From: Paragordius varius
Taxonomy: Eukaryota > Animalia > Nematomorpha
DNA length: 64,000 nt
Direction of reading: 5' to 3'
Assembly (NCBI GenBank): GCA_964247055.1
Contig: OZ176054.1
Span: forward strand, 1,054,001 to 1,118,000
Below the pieces are notes generated by a model. That model worked only from the letters and a program-made list of their open reading frames with translations, was not told the origin of the DNA and did no database searches. The translations under genes were made by a program, and so were the position numbers. Shown here in pieces: positions 25,802 to 38,519 of the stretch; within the stretch, counting starts at the first letter, position 1; each line of letters opens with the position of its first letter.

Positions 25802-27664
25802 TAATATAAAAATAATTTAAAAAAAAACAGAAAAAAAAGAGTTATAATGGGTATAAAATTACTTTTAAAAGAGTCTCAATTTAAAAAAAAAGATTGCCAT
25901 TTTTTATAAAGTTACAAATTTAGATTCCTAATTGAAAACATTTAAAATCCTAAATTATGGTTAAATATTCTTATAAACTTAATTTTTTGCTAGAAATATT
26001 TTAATCCTTATTTGTTTAAACTTAATGTAAGAAAAAAACCGCAAAGAGAGTTCCCAACGTGCCTCCAGCAAAAGGCGAAGTCCCAAAAATACCCAAAGTC
26101 AGGTTATGATTCGCGGCCGTTTCCCCAAACAATATGGAAACAATTTTGATCATGAGAGGCCAACAGAAAGCCTATTCATTACAATAAAATATGTAATACT
26201 CATTATTGCTATATTATGACTCTTTTAATAATTTATAAAATTTGATGTTTGAAATGACCTTTGAATATATAAAGGAACCATCTTATCTATTGCATTGCAA
26301 ATTACTAGTTTTGAAAATTAGAGATATTAATTGCCAATATTGTAAACAAAGTGTGTTGGTTTATCTATTACTTTTTTACAATCTAATTTATAGAAATTAT
26401 AAATGAAAAGCCCATACAATAAAATAAGTCAGAGACTTAAATACTTTATTGAATTTTGTCGTTAAAATGATCAGATTTGAAATTAAAGAGTCGATTTTAA
26501 AGAAAATGCTCATAGCAATAAAACTCATTTACATAAAACATTACAAATTTTAGGGGCTTGTTTGAAAACAATTTTTTCAAACAATTTTTGCTAGAGGAAA
26601 ATCGAAGAATATCTAATTTTCTTCTAGGTAAATTTTTGAAAGGAATTATTTTTATCATAAAATATGATAACTAACATGTCTATAACCTATTAATCTATGT
26701 AAACAATCCATCATTAATTTTGAAAGCTAAGACCTGGCTTATTTATTGGGTGCCGAAACATAATTTAATCCAGTAAATTATTTTATTGTACTAAAAGAAA
26801 ATATTCACATATTAAAAAAATACGAAATTAGTTCAATTTAATCCTTTTTTTGTATTTTTTGAATGGGTTCCAAATCACCTAGAGGAAAATTTCCCTATTA
26901 TATGTGTCTTATAGCTAATTGGAAAAAAATAACACACTTTAGCGATCCGTGTTAAATTGTCAATTTCTTAATTATCAACAAAATGAGTTTACAAAATACT
27001 TTACATTAAATTACTAAAAACGGACATATATTAGATAATGTGAAAAATAACCCTTGGGCGTTTTGAATAAAAACGTATAACTGAATTTATTGTTTGTTTA
27101 TAGCATTTATGTTCATTTTTTCAGTTTGATAAATGATATGTCAACATAAGTTGTGTATAAATATACATAAAAAATTGATATCATACAATATATGAAAAAT
27201 ATATATAAACTTTAAGACAATTATATAATTAATCAAAAATAGTATATAAATTAAGGTTAATAAAAATTATACCTGAAAAGCTCCGTTCAAAAACAAACTG
27301 ACCACAAGAGCCCATAAATAATCTAAGGGACCATATATGAGTGTAGATATTCCAGAACATAAGACACAGATGGCTAGTAATACAGTAGGGTTTTTATTAT
27401 CTCCTAAATTTGCAAAAACTATCTAAAATTTTAATATATTTATTACTTGAAAAAAGGAATATGGTAAGAGCAAAGCTGAATCTAACATGCCAATAGTCAA
27501 TTTCGAGTAAGAATATTTATTAGTTAAAAACGATTTTATCTACACAATATATAAAAAATTACAATTCCGAGGGGTTTTCTCGTAAAATAGAGAAAACAAT
27601 ATGTAAGCCAAAAAAGAATAAAGGTGGAATATTTAATCCAGGTATTTTTTGAAATTCGCACCAT
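22109..27664 (-). CDS. MFS sugar-phosphate/glycerol-3-phosphate exchanger (SLC37/GlpT/UhpC family), complete spliced gene
   Basis: The spliced product reads MVRISKNTW..YFTRKPLGI|IKSF..GMLDSALLLPYSFFQ|IVFANLGD..LFLNGAFQ|AFCWP..GIFGTSPFAGGTLG..|..KMIRYVFYMWLPF..|..AIFEVGGVLGSVLLGFILDR|..GGLDNILSSSIP..IGIINGFGTLG|TFLEGPIVG... These are SLC37 hallmark motifs. All junctions I traced are GT-AG and in phase. Confidence 0.88.
24357..24546. repeat. Intronic inverted repeat (~70-bp arms), MITE-like
   Basis: TATTATATATGCAATTATAATTCAGCTAAAATTGTATAAAT...ATTTATACAATTTTAGCTGAATTATAATTGCATATATAATA. Confidence 0.8.
25763..25798. repeat. (AT)n microsatellite at the 3' end of an SLC37 intron
   Basis: Pure AT run just upstream of the acceptor of the VYVKDTLSWKW exon. 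Confidence 0.95.
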
Positions 27665-28999
27665 GTTGAAGCGTGGATTTGTGACTTTATGATAAACAAA
27701 TGATTTTTATATTGCGATAAATATTTTATTCTGCGCATTTTTTTAATACCCTATAACGTTTTAAACAATCATACCCTAATTTGTATTGGGTATCTTTATA
27801 TCCCAAAGCTGAATTTTATGAATAAACTACAGCTTCAAAAGTTATTAGTTAAAATTTAATTATCAAAAATTGTTTTCATATATTAGATTAAAAACTTATA
27901 TTTTGTACTGTTTGTGATTTCTAGAGTCCGAAATTGGGACATCCAAAATACGAATTAAACAAACAACTTATATTATAAAAATATATCAAAATTATGCTGG
28001 TAAAATGTAGTTGTTTTTTTAAGATTATTTACATTAACCATAATACTCGTTTAATTGCATTAGCGATATAAAAAATGATGTGAAATTTTTGTAATTATTA
28101 ATTTTTTAAAAAATATTGTATGCGCCTAAAAGGCTAAAAACATAAATCGTTCTGCAATAAAACTACTACAAAAAAGATATTAAAGTGTTTTAGAAAAAAT
28201 TTTGGTGAATTCATAAAAATATCACTCATATCTAAAAAGCAAAACAAAATCTTTAAAATATTTTTATTTTTAGATGTGGATAAAAATTTTTGCCTTCCAA
28301 TGTAAATGGTCTAGTTCTCTTAAAAACGCAAAAATGCAGATTGCGTCACTGTAGTTCAAACAATTGCTAATATTTGATATCAACTAAAAATATTTTGAAA
28401 AAAATGTATACTTTAAAATAGTTTTGGCAAATATTTTATGAAACGCTCTTTATACTAGTTTGAGGCATGATGGAAACGGTATAAAAGCGCTTTTAGATAT
28501 TATAAGAAGACTTTCTCTATATAATTTGATGATGCTGAACATAATTATCAGAATTTTAATTAAGTTCGTTTTTACTTTCAAATTTTGGTTAATTTTATAT
28601 AAACATTATATTTGACATACAATTGAAGACAGACATTCTTAGGTGATATGTGCATCATCAAGTTACATAGTAAATGTTTTATGAAATCTAAAAGCGTTTT
28701 TATATCGTTGTCATGCCTAAAAAAGGATGTGCTCTTCAACAAAATTTTTATAAAAATTAAATTTTTGTGTATGCATTTTCTAAACAAAAATTTTGATGTC
28801 AAAATTTGATATTTAAAAATATTATCGCGCAATCCCGGCATTTTTGCGTTTATTTTAAAAGAACAAGCCCGTTTCCGAAGAGCAAAAAAATTTGGGACTT
28901 TCTGAGCCCACAATATAAAATAAAATTTTGTTGAAAGGATTGTTTTTTTATAAGTAGTTTATGCTGTATATTAGTGATATGGAATGAAGCATTTAGCTT

Positions 29000-29650
29000 T
29001 CATCAAAAATATTACAAAAATGTGCTGAAATTTTGCCATTTTTTGATATGAATGACTTACCATAAAAGCGTAATTAACTTTCTTATATCACTGGTGGGTG
29101 AGCCCCGAAACCAAAAGCACCATTCCTAATATATTTTTCTATCGGAATAATATTTTATTATGATATTTTTTGCGTACACTGTGTGTGGATAACGCGTTTT
29201 ATACCCTTTTAATCATACATCAATATAGTATGAAGCTTCCACAAAATTTTATGCAATTTAAAAAATTTATGTCAAATAGTATATATTTAAAGTTTTTACC
29301 GTGAACTCTAAGCATTTTGGCATTTATTTTAAGAGGACCTTATTTTAGAAGAGCAGAAAAATTTACCTTTCGAAGCTTACATATAATAAAAAAATAAAAA
29401 TATTGTTTTGCTTATTTATATGTAGTTTATGATGTATATTAATGATAGTTTTTGGAAAGAAACATCTATATTTCACCAAAAAAATTATTTAAAAAAATGT
29501 GCAAAAATTTTGCCATTTTGAAGCACTTACCACAAAAGTTAAAAAAACTTTCTAATGTCACTCATAAGAGCTAAAACCAAAAGCATTTATAATCCTGATA
29601 CATTTTCTTATCAAATATATATTTAATAAGATTATCTTTTTTATGCCCTA
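29000..29650 (+). repeat. Degenerate ~470-bp direct repeat within old transposon debris
   Basis: AAAAATGTGC..AATTTTGCCATTTT..ACTTACCA.AAAAG..AACTTTCT..TCACT..AAACCAAAAGCA recurs at ~29015 and ~29495. Confidence 0.5.
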
Positions 29651-30411
29651 TTCATAGTGTATAGAGTCGTACCTGCCAAAATGCAAATTAGTAAATAAAA
29701 ATACTTAAATTTTGTATAAATCGGGTATGTTACTTCAATTTTATTTTGGGCAAGAATTGTTTTAAAATTATCAAGAGCGTAAACCTTAAAACAAAATTTT
29801 ATAAACTTTAAATTTTAGTCCGAAAATTTCCGAATTTTCTTTTTAAAATGGGCTATTTTATTAAATTAAAAAAATATCAAGATAATTCGCATGAGAAATC
29901 AATATATGCTGGATTAAGGCATTTAAAAATTATTTATAATGCTAAATAGTGATTTTCTGGTGTTATTGAGCAAACTGAAAACGGTACAAAGACCCACAAA
30001 GAATTTAACTTTTTCTATATTATTCTATTACGCTAATTTTTGCCACCTCAGTTTAGTATTTGAACATTAAATTTATGCAGTGCAAAAAATACATATTAAT
30101 TAATTTTATGTTTGAACGAAAAATTTAAAAAATCTTAGTTTGGTGTCATCCATTTATATAAAAAGGTGTTTTGGATAATGGTTATAAAGTGTTTTAATAC
30201 CGTTTTTTCTGTGGTAGAAAATTCATAATATAAGGTGCTTAAAATTTCACCAAAAAGAATTTAACTAAAAATGTATTTTTAAAAATATTTTGATGTTTCA
30301 ATCTTCCATATATTAATAATTCTTATCGCAAAATCTCGGCATTTTTGCGTTTATATAAAGAATAGAATTAAGGGGATATTTGAGATTTTTGGATATTACA
30401 TATAAAGTAAA

Positions 30412-32536
30412 TCTATATATTTATAAAAATGGAAAATGCTGGCTTTGTGATCTGTTTCCGGAAAACCAGTAAACCCATTCAAATCCAAATAACAAAAAAA
30501 TATAATCATTAATGAATGCCCTGATAATAGCTTCGCCCTTTTTTTGAAATAGGCCCCCGGTTCAAGCCCACCCCGTGTGAAAAATGGGTTTTTTTCGAAA
30601 ACGCAAGTCCACAAAAAACGTGTCTTTGAGACAATTTTCCAGAGAACGTGTTGGACCATTCATTTCAAATATGATTTTTGTTTAGTTACTTTCGATTGCG
30701 CCGAACATAGCCGTCTCGCTTTTTATATTTAGGCCCTCTTTCTACCCGCTCCCCCCGTAAAATGCCATTTTTTTCAAAAAAAACAAAGTCCACAAAAATA
30801 ATTTTTTGTATCTATTTTTCGTCCAAGGTATGAGACCGTAAAATTCAATAAGGATTCTACGTATTCCCTGTTAAAAAGCAAAAATTTTAGTCAAGCGTTT
30901 CTTTGATGATAGCTGCTGGGTAAAGAGATACCCTCTAAAAACTGACCCTTCATATCAAAATAGCGTGCCTTTGGGGCAAGATTTCAGAAAAGCTATCAGG
31001 CCATATGTGTTTAATAGCTGCTTAAAATGTTACCGTAACAAGGCAAAAATTTAAGTCGAGCGGATTTTTCAAATTAGCCGTTAATTATACCTTCACGCCC
31101 TGAAAAATGCGCCCCATACAATCATTTTTTTGAGGCATTTTTCCAAAAACTAATGAGAGCATATGGGATCAATCATGATTCCAGGTATTATCCGTAACAA
31201 AAAAATTTAATCAAGCGCTTTTTTATATCAGCGTGTGAGTAGGGAGCTACCCGCCTATAACTGCGACACCATATCAAAATTGCGTTGTTTAGGAGCTAAT
31301 TTCAGAAGACTTATCAGGCCATATAAGTTTTATAAGGGCCTGATACCCGTAAAAAGGCAAAAATTTAAGTCTAGCGGTTTTTTTAAATTAGCCATCAATA
31401 GGCCCTTTACGCCCTAATAAATGCGCTATTATTGAACAATTTAGTTTAAAAGCCATTCTTCCATAAACTATTAAGAGCATATGTGAATGATAATTCGTTA
31501 TCCCATATAAAGGCAAAAAATATTATCGACCGTCTTTTTTATATTGGCCTCTGGGTAGGGGACTACCCGCGTAAAATTGTGTCACTATATCGATACAGCA
31601 TGCCTTTGGAGCCAAATTTCAGAAAACCTATGAGACTATGTGAGTTCAATAAGGGCCTAAAATATTTATTACCCCTTACAAATATTTTAGTATAGAGGTT
31701 ATTTCAATGACTCGCTAAGAAAGGCTTTCCGCCCTGAAAAATTCGCCGCCATAGAACAATTTTTTAGTTTTGAAGCAATATTTTCAAGAATTTATAGGAG
31801 CATATGGACATTATAATTTCAGATAACCATATAAAAACAAAAATTTTGACGCTTTTTTATACCTGCCTCTGGGTAAGAAGCTACCTGCCAAAAAATGCAC
31901 CATATAATTTGCGTTGTTTTGGAACTAAACCAAAGAAAACTCATATGAGCTCATTTAATGTTTGAAATATTACTCCTAACTAATTAAATATATAGGTCAG
32001 GCCTTTTTTATTAGCCGTTAATTTGGGGCCATTATGCTTTAAAAATATGCCATCATATAACGATTATTTATTGTTGAGGTATTTTTTCGAATAACCTATG
32101 AGACGATGGTCTCAAAGATGATAATATTTTCCCTATAAAGGCAAAAAATTTAACTTAGCGCTTTTTCCATATAGGCCTATGGGTAGGGGTTTACCGGTTT
32201 AAAACTGAAACATCATACAAAAATGGCGTGGCTTTGGAGCTAATTTTCAAAAAAACTTAAAAAGCCATACAAATTCGATAAAGGCTTTAAATATTACCCA
32301 TGTAAAAATTATATAGCGGTTTTTTCCGTTAGCCGTCAATTTGGGGCCTTTACACGAGTAAACAATATATTAGTATGAATGCACCGTAAAATCCTATGAG
32401 ATCATAGCTATTAAATAATATTTCGTAATAATGTACATATTGGATCATTTTATTGATCCCTTTTTTCAAATAGCCCCCCCCCCCCAGAAGTCCGAAGGAC
32501 TTCCTCGGGCTGCGTAGCACACGAGATTTACGCTAG
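30412..32536 (+). mobile_element. Non-autonomous Helitron, long copy with ~5 internal ~315-bp repeat units
   Basis: A|TC 5' end and GCTGCGTAGC hairpin plus CTAG|T 3' end. The internal marker AATTAGCCGTTAAT-like recurs at ~31070, 31385, 31700, 32010 and 32330. Confidence 0.88.
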
Positions 32537-32823
32537 TATTTTATGAAAATATTGTTTTCCATTTGATAGTTTATGATATATTTAGTGATATTTTTTTGGA
32601 CTACCATGTTTAATACCATCGGTTTCACTGTGGATGATAAAGTAAGTCACTAGTATAAAATATAGGTGTTTGTTAATTGTCATAAAATGGGGTCTGTATA
32701 AAATTAATCATCTGCGCACTTTTGTCGACGTCTTCTCTTGGTGCCAGATAATTTAACTTAATGTGCAAAATAAAATTTTTTGTTTTTGGTAAGAAAAAAC
32801 TAGTCTATTACCGCATTAACATT

Positions 32824-32826
<3 letters not shown>

Positions 32827-32887
<61 letters not shown>
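32827..32887. repeat. (AT)n microsatellite (~30 units)
   Basis: Pure AT run. Confidence 0.95.
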
Positions 32888-32890
<3 letters not shown>

Positions 32891-34281
32891 TTCTATTGAT
32901 AATATATGCTTAATCATTTATTTTCATAAATTCATATATATATTGCTGTTTATTTGTAAGTTCTAACCAAAATTCTGAGTTTATGGTGACCTTTATAATT
33001 GAATAACATAAAATTTATAACACAATTTTTTAAGGAATTCGAGCTTATGTTTTAGATTATTACGTGTTACCACACTTGTTTTTTACATATAATCTGGGAC
33101 CTACCAAGTGTCGCTGAGAGGGTAAATTTTAAAAGTGTTTAAAGAATTATAATCCATTACACTCTAAAAATCACCATCAAATTTACATATTAATTTTTGG
33201 GATAAAAATCTTATGATACTTCTCATATAAAAAAACTTATAAAAGAGTATCGAATTATTTTCAATTTTTCATATGTCCACAAAGATGATAATTGGATTAT
33301 ATATTTTACGTTTTCTCGTCGTCGAAAAAATTTAGTTAATTACATGCTTTTTATTTTGTTTGAGGCGTAGGAAGTGAATTAGTGATCAAAATAGACCTTT
33401 TCTTAAAGCCACATTATATATCCATTTAACATATAACTTTGTAAAACGAATCAATATAATTTGACATTCATAACAACTCATGTAATATACAAACGATGTT
33501 AATTGTTCACAGGTGTTTTTTATAAAAATGATGTATGATCGGGCCGAGAATTGTTGTTTCCCGAAAGGAATATAAATATTAATTAATATATATCGTTTCA
33601 ACTAAGTTCAGACATAAATTACTAATACATTTAAATCTTATTAACCGCATGTTAAAAGGGTTATTATCATATGCAAATTATCCTTCTCTTTTTTAGTGCA
33701 TAATACACTTTTGGCCTTGTTACGTTAAAAATATATATTACCTTGGTTGTGAATGCAAATTATTTTATTTATACTTATTATCTTTAACAACGTTTAAATC
33801 AGACAACTTTATCCTTGTGAATGCAATAATCAAATTTCCTAATGTATATAAGGAATCATTGTAACACGCAGATCATAGTATATTATGCAGTTTTTTGTTA
33901 TACTAAATAAATATATATATATCCTTTTTTATATTACCGCAAGATTATTATTAATTGATTTACTTGAATGCAATCCTACACAAGTTATAATTAAGTCACA
34001 GGATGAACCTAAATTTGTCTGACTCATTTTACAATTAACTTTAAAGCTTAAGCAAAAGTGCATTCAATGAGTTGAACATCATTTCTTTTAACAATTAAAT
34101 ATGAAAGGTAAATATTAGTTATATAAAGTTTTTCGAATTAAATCATATTGGAAATAAACTGTGTAATTATTACTATACTATATTAATATTACAAAGGCAT
34201 ATATATTTATTAAATTTAGAAATATATTTATTTTAAAAAGACATTAAACAAAGGCAACCATATATTTAAGCGTTTAATGGT

Positions 34282-34428
34282 TTAATCGGAATGTGTTATA
34301 TTGAAATAATGGTAAGAACCGACTTCCACAAGCGTTCCAGGATAACTTTCATCATCATTACATTCAATAGTTTTAAATAGAGCCAAAACCGCTAACAGAA
34401 TCAAAAATAAGCAAAATTGAAAATTCAT
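34282..34428 (-). CDS. Possible small secreted peptide or first exon with signal peptide
   Basis: MNFQFCLFLILLAVLALFKTIECNDDESYPGTLVEV.. has a hydrophobic core followed by acidic residues. The ATG overlaps a strong GTATGA donor-like site, so the stretch could be intronic. Confidence 0.25.
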   Translation of the reverse strand: MNFQFCLFLILLAVLALFKTIECNDDESYPGTLVEVGSYHYFNITHSD

Positions 34429-35859
34429 ACTTTTTTGGATGTAAAAAATGGAATGAATATACTTCAAAAAGTTAGCGTTTTTATAAGTTTTAGGGTATTT
34501 GACTTGTTTTAAAAAAATCCGTATTTCTGATGCATGTGTTTACTTGTTTGGGACAAAAGTTGTCAAACATGACATTTCAAATTATATAAACTCTGAGAAG
34601 AAACAGCTTTAATAATATATTTATTCTTCATTAAATAGTTTTAAATTATTATAATTAGGTAAACAATTTTTTAATATCAATAAAAAACAATTGTTTAACC
34701 AAGCCGTATGTGAGAACTTTTAAGGTTGGATTCTTAATAAAATGCCTTTGGGTGGAAGATGTGTTGAGTACAAATACTGTTACTTTGAATCCAAATACTA
34801 AGTTCAAAACATGCAATTTCTTTATGTAAAATTAATGATTCGTTTAAATACTTATTTATTTTTTGGATTGTACTCAGAAAAATTTAAATTAATATATTCA
34901 AAAAAATACATTTATAATCTTTTATGAGATAAAAATATTTAATAATTCGATCCTCACTTTCACAAATTATTGGTATTATTATAATAAAAACAAAAAATTT
35001 AAATTCTAAAATTTTTATTTAATATCACACAGTGAAATCGGGACAATAATATCTTACGGTGAAGTCTTTTAATAAGCTATTTATACTTTTAAAAAAATCG
35101 CTTTGTTTCAGAAACTAAACAAACATTAAATATGCTAAATAAAATGGATGAGCATTTACCATTCTAATATACATTATAATATCTAGCAAAAAATTATTGA
35201 TATCCTACTTTGTTATATGTGCAAAAGTATCAAACTTAGTTTCTGCTTAAATGATAACCTAGATAAACGTAAAGTGCTGAGAATCCGCGATAAAATTTTT
35301 AATATATGCTGGAATAAAAAATATCTTAAAAAAAGTTTCCGAATTTCGTTAAAGCAAATCAGTTTATGCAGCATGGTATTAAAAAATAATTTGATGCTGT
35401 TATATAATGAAATTTTAACTAATGAAATGATTTGAGTTTCGAAATTTAATAGTTATATAAAAACAATTTATAATAAGTATAAATTTCAGGGAAAATTATT
35501 CTAATTTAATCAACATCAAGTATCATATGCTGAGGTAAATGATATCTTTAGCGATACATGTTTTGATATTTTTAATAATTTTTTTAATTTCTTGTATTTA
35601 AAATATATTATATGAAAATACTAATATGTGATAAAATCGAATAAAAAAATTAATGTTGATGTGTTCATCTATAAATCAATTAAAAAATTGTTTAACTGAT
35701 TTTTGCTTTGATATTACAAAACGACATACAGACAAATAGAATTACCAAAAACTAGGGTCATATTTTTACCATTTATAATCATGTGGAATTTTGTGCCTTA
35801 AAAAAATTGCGACGCGCAAAAAATTAAAATAACTATGTTAAAAAATATCAAAAAAAAAT

Positions 35860-36480
35860 TAAATTTTTTCTAAATTTAATAAAACCGCAATTTTTACCTC
35901 TATTTGTTAAAAAGTCCAAAATATTTATTAATTGATTACAATTAACAATGCAAAACCTAAAAAACAAAAAAAAATTTTTTACTAAATTTATTAAAAATTG
36001 CAATTTTTACCTGTATTTATTAAAAGATATGTAGTAATTAATTACAATTAACAATGTTAAATAAAAAAACAAAAAAAAATTAAATTTTTACTAAATTTCT
36101 TAAAAACCGCAATTTTTACCTCTATTTATTAAAATGTCCAAAATATGTAGTAATTAATTACAAATAAAAATGTTAAAAACAAAAAAATATAAAATTTGAC
36201 TAAATTTATCAACCGCAATTTTTACCTATAATTATTAAAATGTCCAAAATATGTAGTAATTAATTACAATTAACAATGTTAAATAAAAAAACAAAAAAAA
36301 ATTCAATTTAAATTTATTAAAAACCACAATTTTTACCTGTATTTATTAAAATGTCCAAAATATGTAGTAATTAATTACAATTAACAATGTTAAATAAAAA
36401 ACAAAAAAAAAATTAAATTTGAAAATTATTATAATTAACAATGCAAAGCATAAAAACATAAACAATCTAAAATCTACTTA
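35860..36480 (+). repeat. AT-rich tandem repeat, ~110-bp unit x5
   Basis: AAAACCGCAATTTTTACCT.TATTTATTAAAATGTCCAAAATATGTAGTAATTAATTACAATTAACAATG units at ~35881, 35995, 36104, 36211 and 36320. Confidence 0.85.
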
Positions 36481-36653
36481 AATTTTCACAAATATATATT
36501 TACCTGTGTTTTTTTTATTTAGTAATAACAATAAATAAAATAATAATGCCAATTTTGATTAATAAAGGTATTTATCATGTTGAAAAATATTAATTATTAA
36601 ATTTAATTAGGAATAAATAACATAAATAATCTTAAAATACCTATTTTACTATA

Positions 36654-37983
36654 CCATTTCCCAGTCTAAATAAACGTTTTTCCAGTCAATCGAAACATTT
36701 TCCCAGTCAATCGAAACGTTTTCCCAGTCAATCGAAACGTTTTCTCAGTCAATCGAAACGTTTTCCCAGTCAATCGAAACATTTTCCCAATCAATCGAAA
36801 CATTTTCCCAGTCAATAAAAACATTTTCCCAATCAATAAAAACGTTTTCCCAGTCAATAAAAACGGTTTTATTTTTGATGATAAATATCAAAACAAGACA
36901 TAAAAATAACTTTTAACAGCGTAATATTAGGATATTATTTTTCATGAAAAAACAATTATTGAATGACAATTTTCCAATTATCTTCCATACACAATCATTA
37001 ATGGCTTATTCTTTAAAAGTTATATTATTGGAATTTGAGATGAAGATAATATTTATTTATTGATGGCATTATTTGCGGCTAACTTACAAAATCTATAGTT
37101 ACGGATGAAATATTAAAATTTAAAAATAATATACCATTTTTATCTCAATTATTTAGCACTTCATATTGGATCTTAAACATAAATTTTACCCTAATTTTAT
37201 AATATTTGTTATTTGGTTTTCGGGTGCCTAACGCGGCATGCCGAGTATCTTTGTGCGGCCCACTAAAAATTTATAAATCCATATGCAAAAATATGCCCAC
37301 AAAATCTTAGTAATATTCATATTTCTTACGCAATTACTGTGAATGAGTCTATTAAATTGGTAACAAATTAAAAAAAATTTTTAAATTTTTGTATTTTACA
37401 GTCTTATGTCTAATCGAAAAATTATTTATGAAATATATCGGATGCGGAACGCCGTGCTTTTTGAGTAATGCCCGCGAAGCCATTTGGTTGGACACCCCTG
37501 ATTTAGTCAAATATCTTATTAAATATTTTTAAATTTAGATATTTTTTCCGACAGTATTCTTATGGAAAAACTTGTCATGTTTAAAAAGTGTTTTGAAGCG
37601 TTCGGCATATATTAATGCCCCTCAATAAAATAAAAAATATTATCTTAAAAACATCTCAAATTACAAAAGATATACCTTTGAAAGAATAAGTCATTGATGA
37701 TTGTCCACTGGAATATACTTGGAAAATTGTCATTCAATAATTGTTTTTTCATGAAAAATAATATCCTAATATTACGCTGATAATGGTTAAAAGTTATTTT
37801 TATGTCTTGTTTTTATATTTATCATCAAAAATAAAACCGTTTTTATTGACTGGGAAAACGATTTTATTGATTGGGAAAATGTTTTTATTGACTGGGAAAA
37901 TGTTTCGATTGACTGGGAAAACGTTTCGATTGACTGGGAAAATGTTTCGATTGACTGGGAAAACGATTTAGACTGGGAAATGG
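36654..37983. mobile_element. Foldback-type element, family B: long TIRs built from 21-bp repeats
   Basis: TATA|CCATTTCCCAGTCTAAAT...ATTTAGACTGGGAAATGG|TATA. There are 10 units of TTTTCCCAGTCAATCGAAACG on the left and 7 inverted units on the right. Inverted homology continues ~130 bp inward. Confidence 0.9.
37218..37500. mobile_element. hAT-type MITE nested in the foldback element
   Basis: Right end GGTTGGACACCCCTG (CAGGGGTGTCCAACC in reverse); decayed left end CGGGTGCCTAACGCGGC. Confidence 0.5.
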
Positions 37984-38429
37984 TATATTTATTAATTCAA
38001 GGATAAAAATCCACAAAATTCCGCATCTAAATACGTAACAACAATATTTCAAATGTTAACATAAATTACTATAGTATTCTCAAAATTTAACATTACAAAA
38101 TATCCATAAAATTAAGCCTATGTTAATTCACGTCAATCCTCTTTCATATGTGTACTACGAAATAATTTTGTGGATCAGTATTTTACGCATTTGATAAACC
38201 ATTTATGTTATTTGACTGGCAATAAAATTACTTAACATACATTAAAATGCATACTGTAATTTATCCTATATAAACTATTAATTAATAATAAATTACAAAT
38301 TTACATTTCTGTAATATACTTTGTAGATTAAAACAATGAGTTATATTTAAAAAAAACAAGTTTGAAAAAATATTTGTTTTACATTTTTTGTCAGTATAAT
38401 TTCACTTTTTACTGTATAATAAAAATCAT

Positions 38430-38519
38430 ATGGGAACCACTCTGAACGGTTGGAACCGGTTCTTGTAAAAATCCCAGGAACCGGGTTCTGGTTCCATGCG
38501 GTTCCGCTTCCAAGCCCTG
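38430..38519 (-). mobile_element. Isolated hAT-like terminus with GAACCG repeats
   Basis: Reverse strand reads CAGGGCTTGGAAGCGGAACCG with repeated GGAACC/GGTTC motifs. Related debris lies at 49965-50450. Confidence 0.4.

Noticed and set aside
28578-28913. 111-aa ORF and other 60-100-aa ORF-track entries in AT-rich DNA (e.g. 35217, 45652, 55924, 61200)
   Set aside because: F/I/L/K/Y/N-biased chance frames in repeat or intron DNA with no recognisable motif; several others are simply antisense to real exons.
30550-30580. GGTTCAAGCCC resembling a tRNA T-loop/B-box
   Set aside because: No cloverleaf forms. In the other Helitron copies it is a GGCCC/GGGCC hairpin.
36666-37971. 21-bp repeat arrays as a CRISPR array, and the repetitive ORFs MTGKTFLLIGK.. 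/ MVKSYF..
   Set aside because: The units are contiguous with no unique spacers, form the two inverted arms of one TA-flanked element, lie in a eukaryotic context, and have no cas genes. The ORFs are translations of the repeat.
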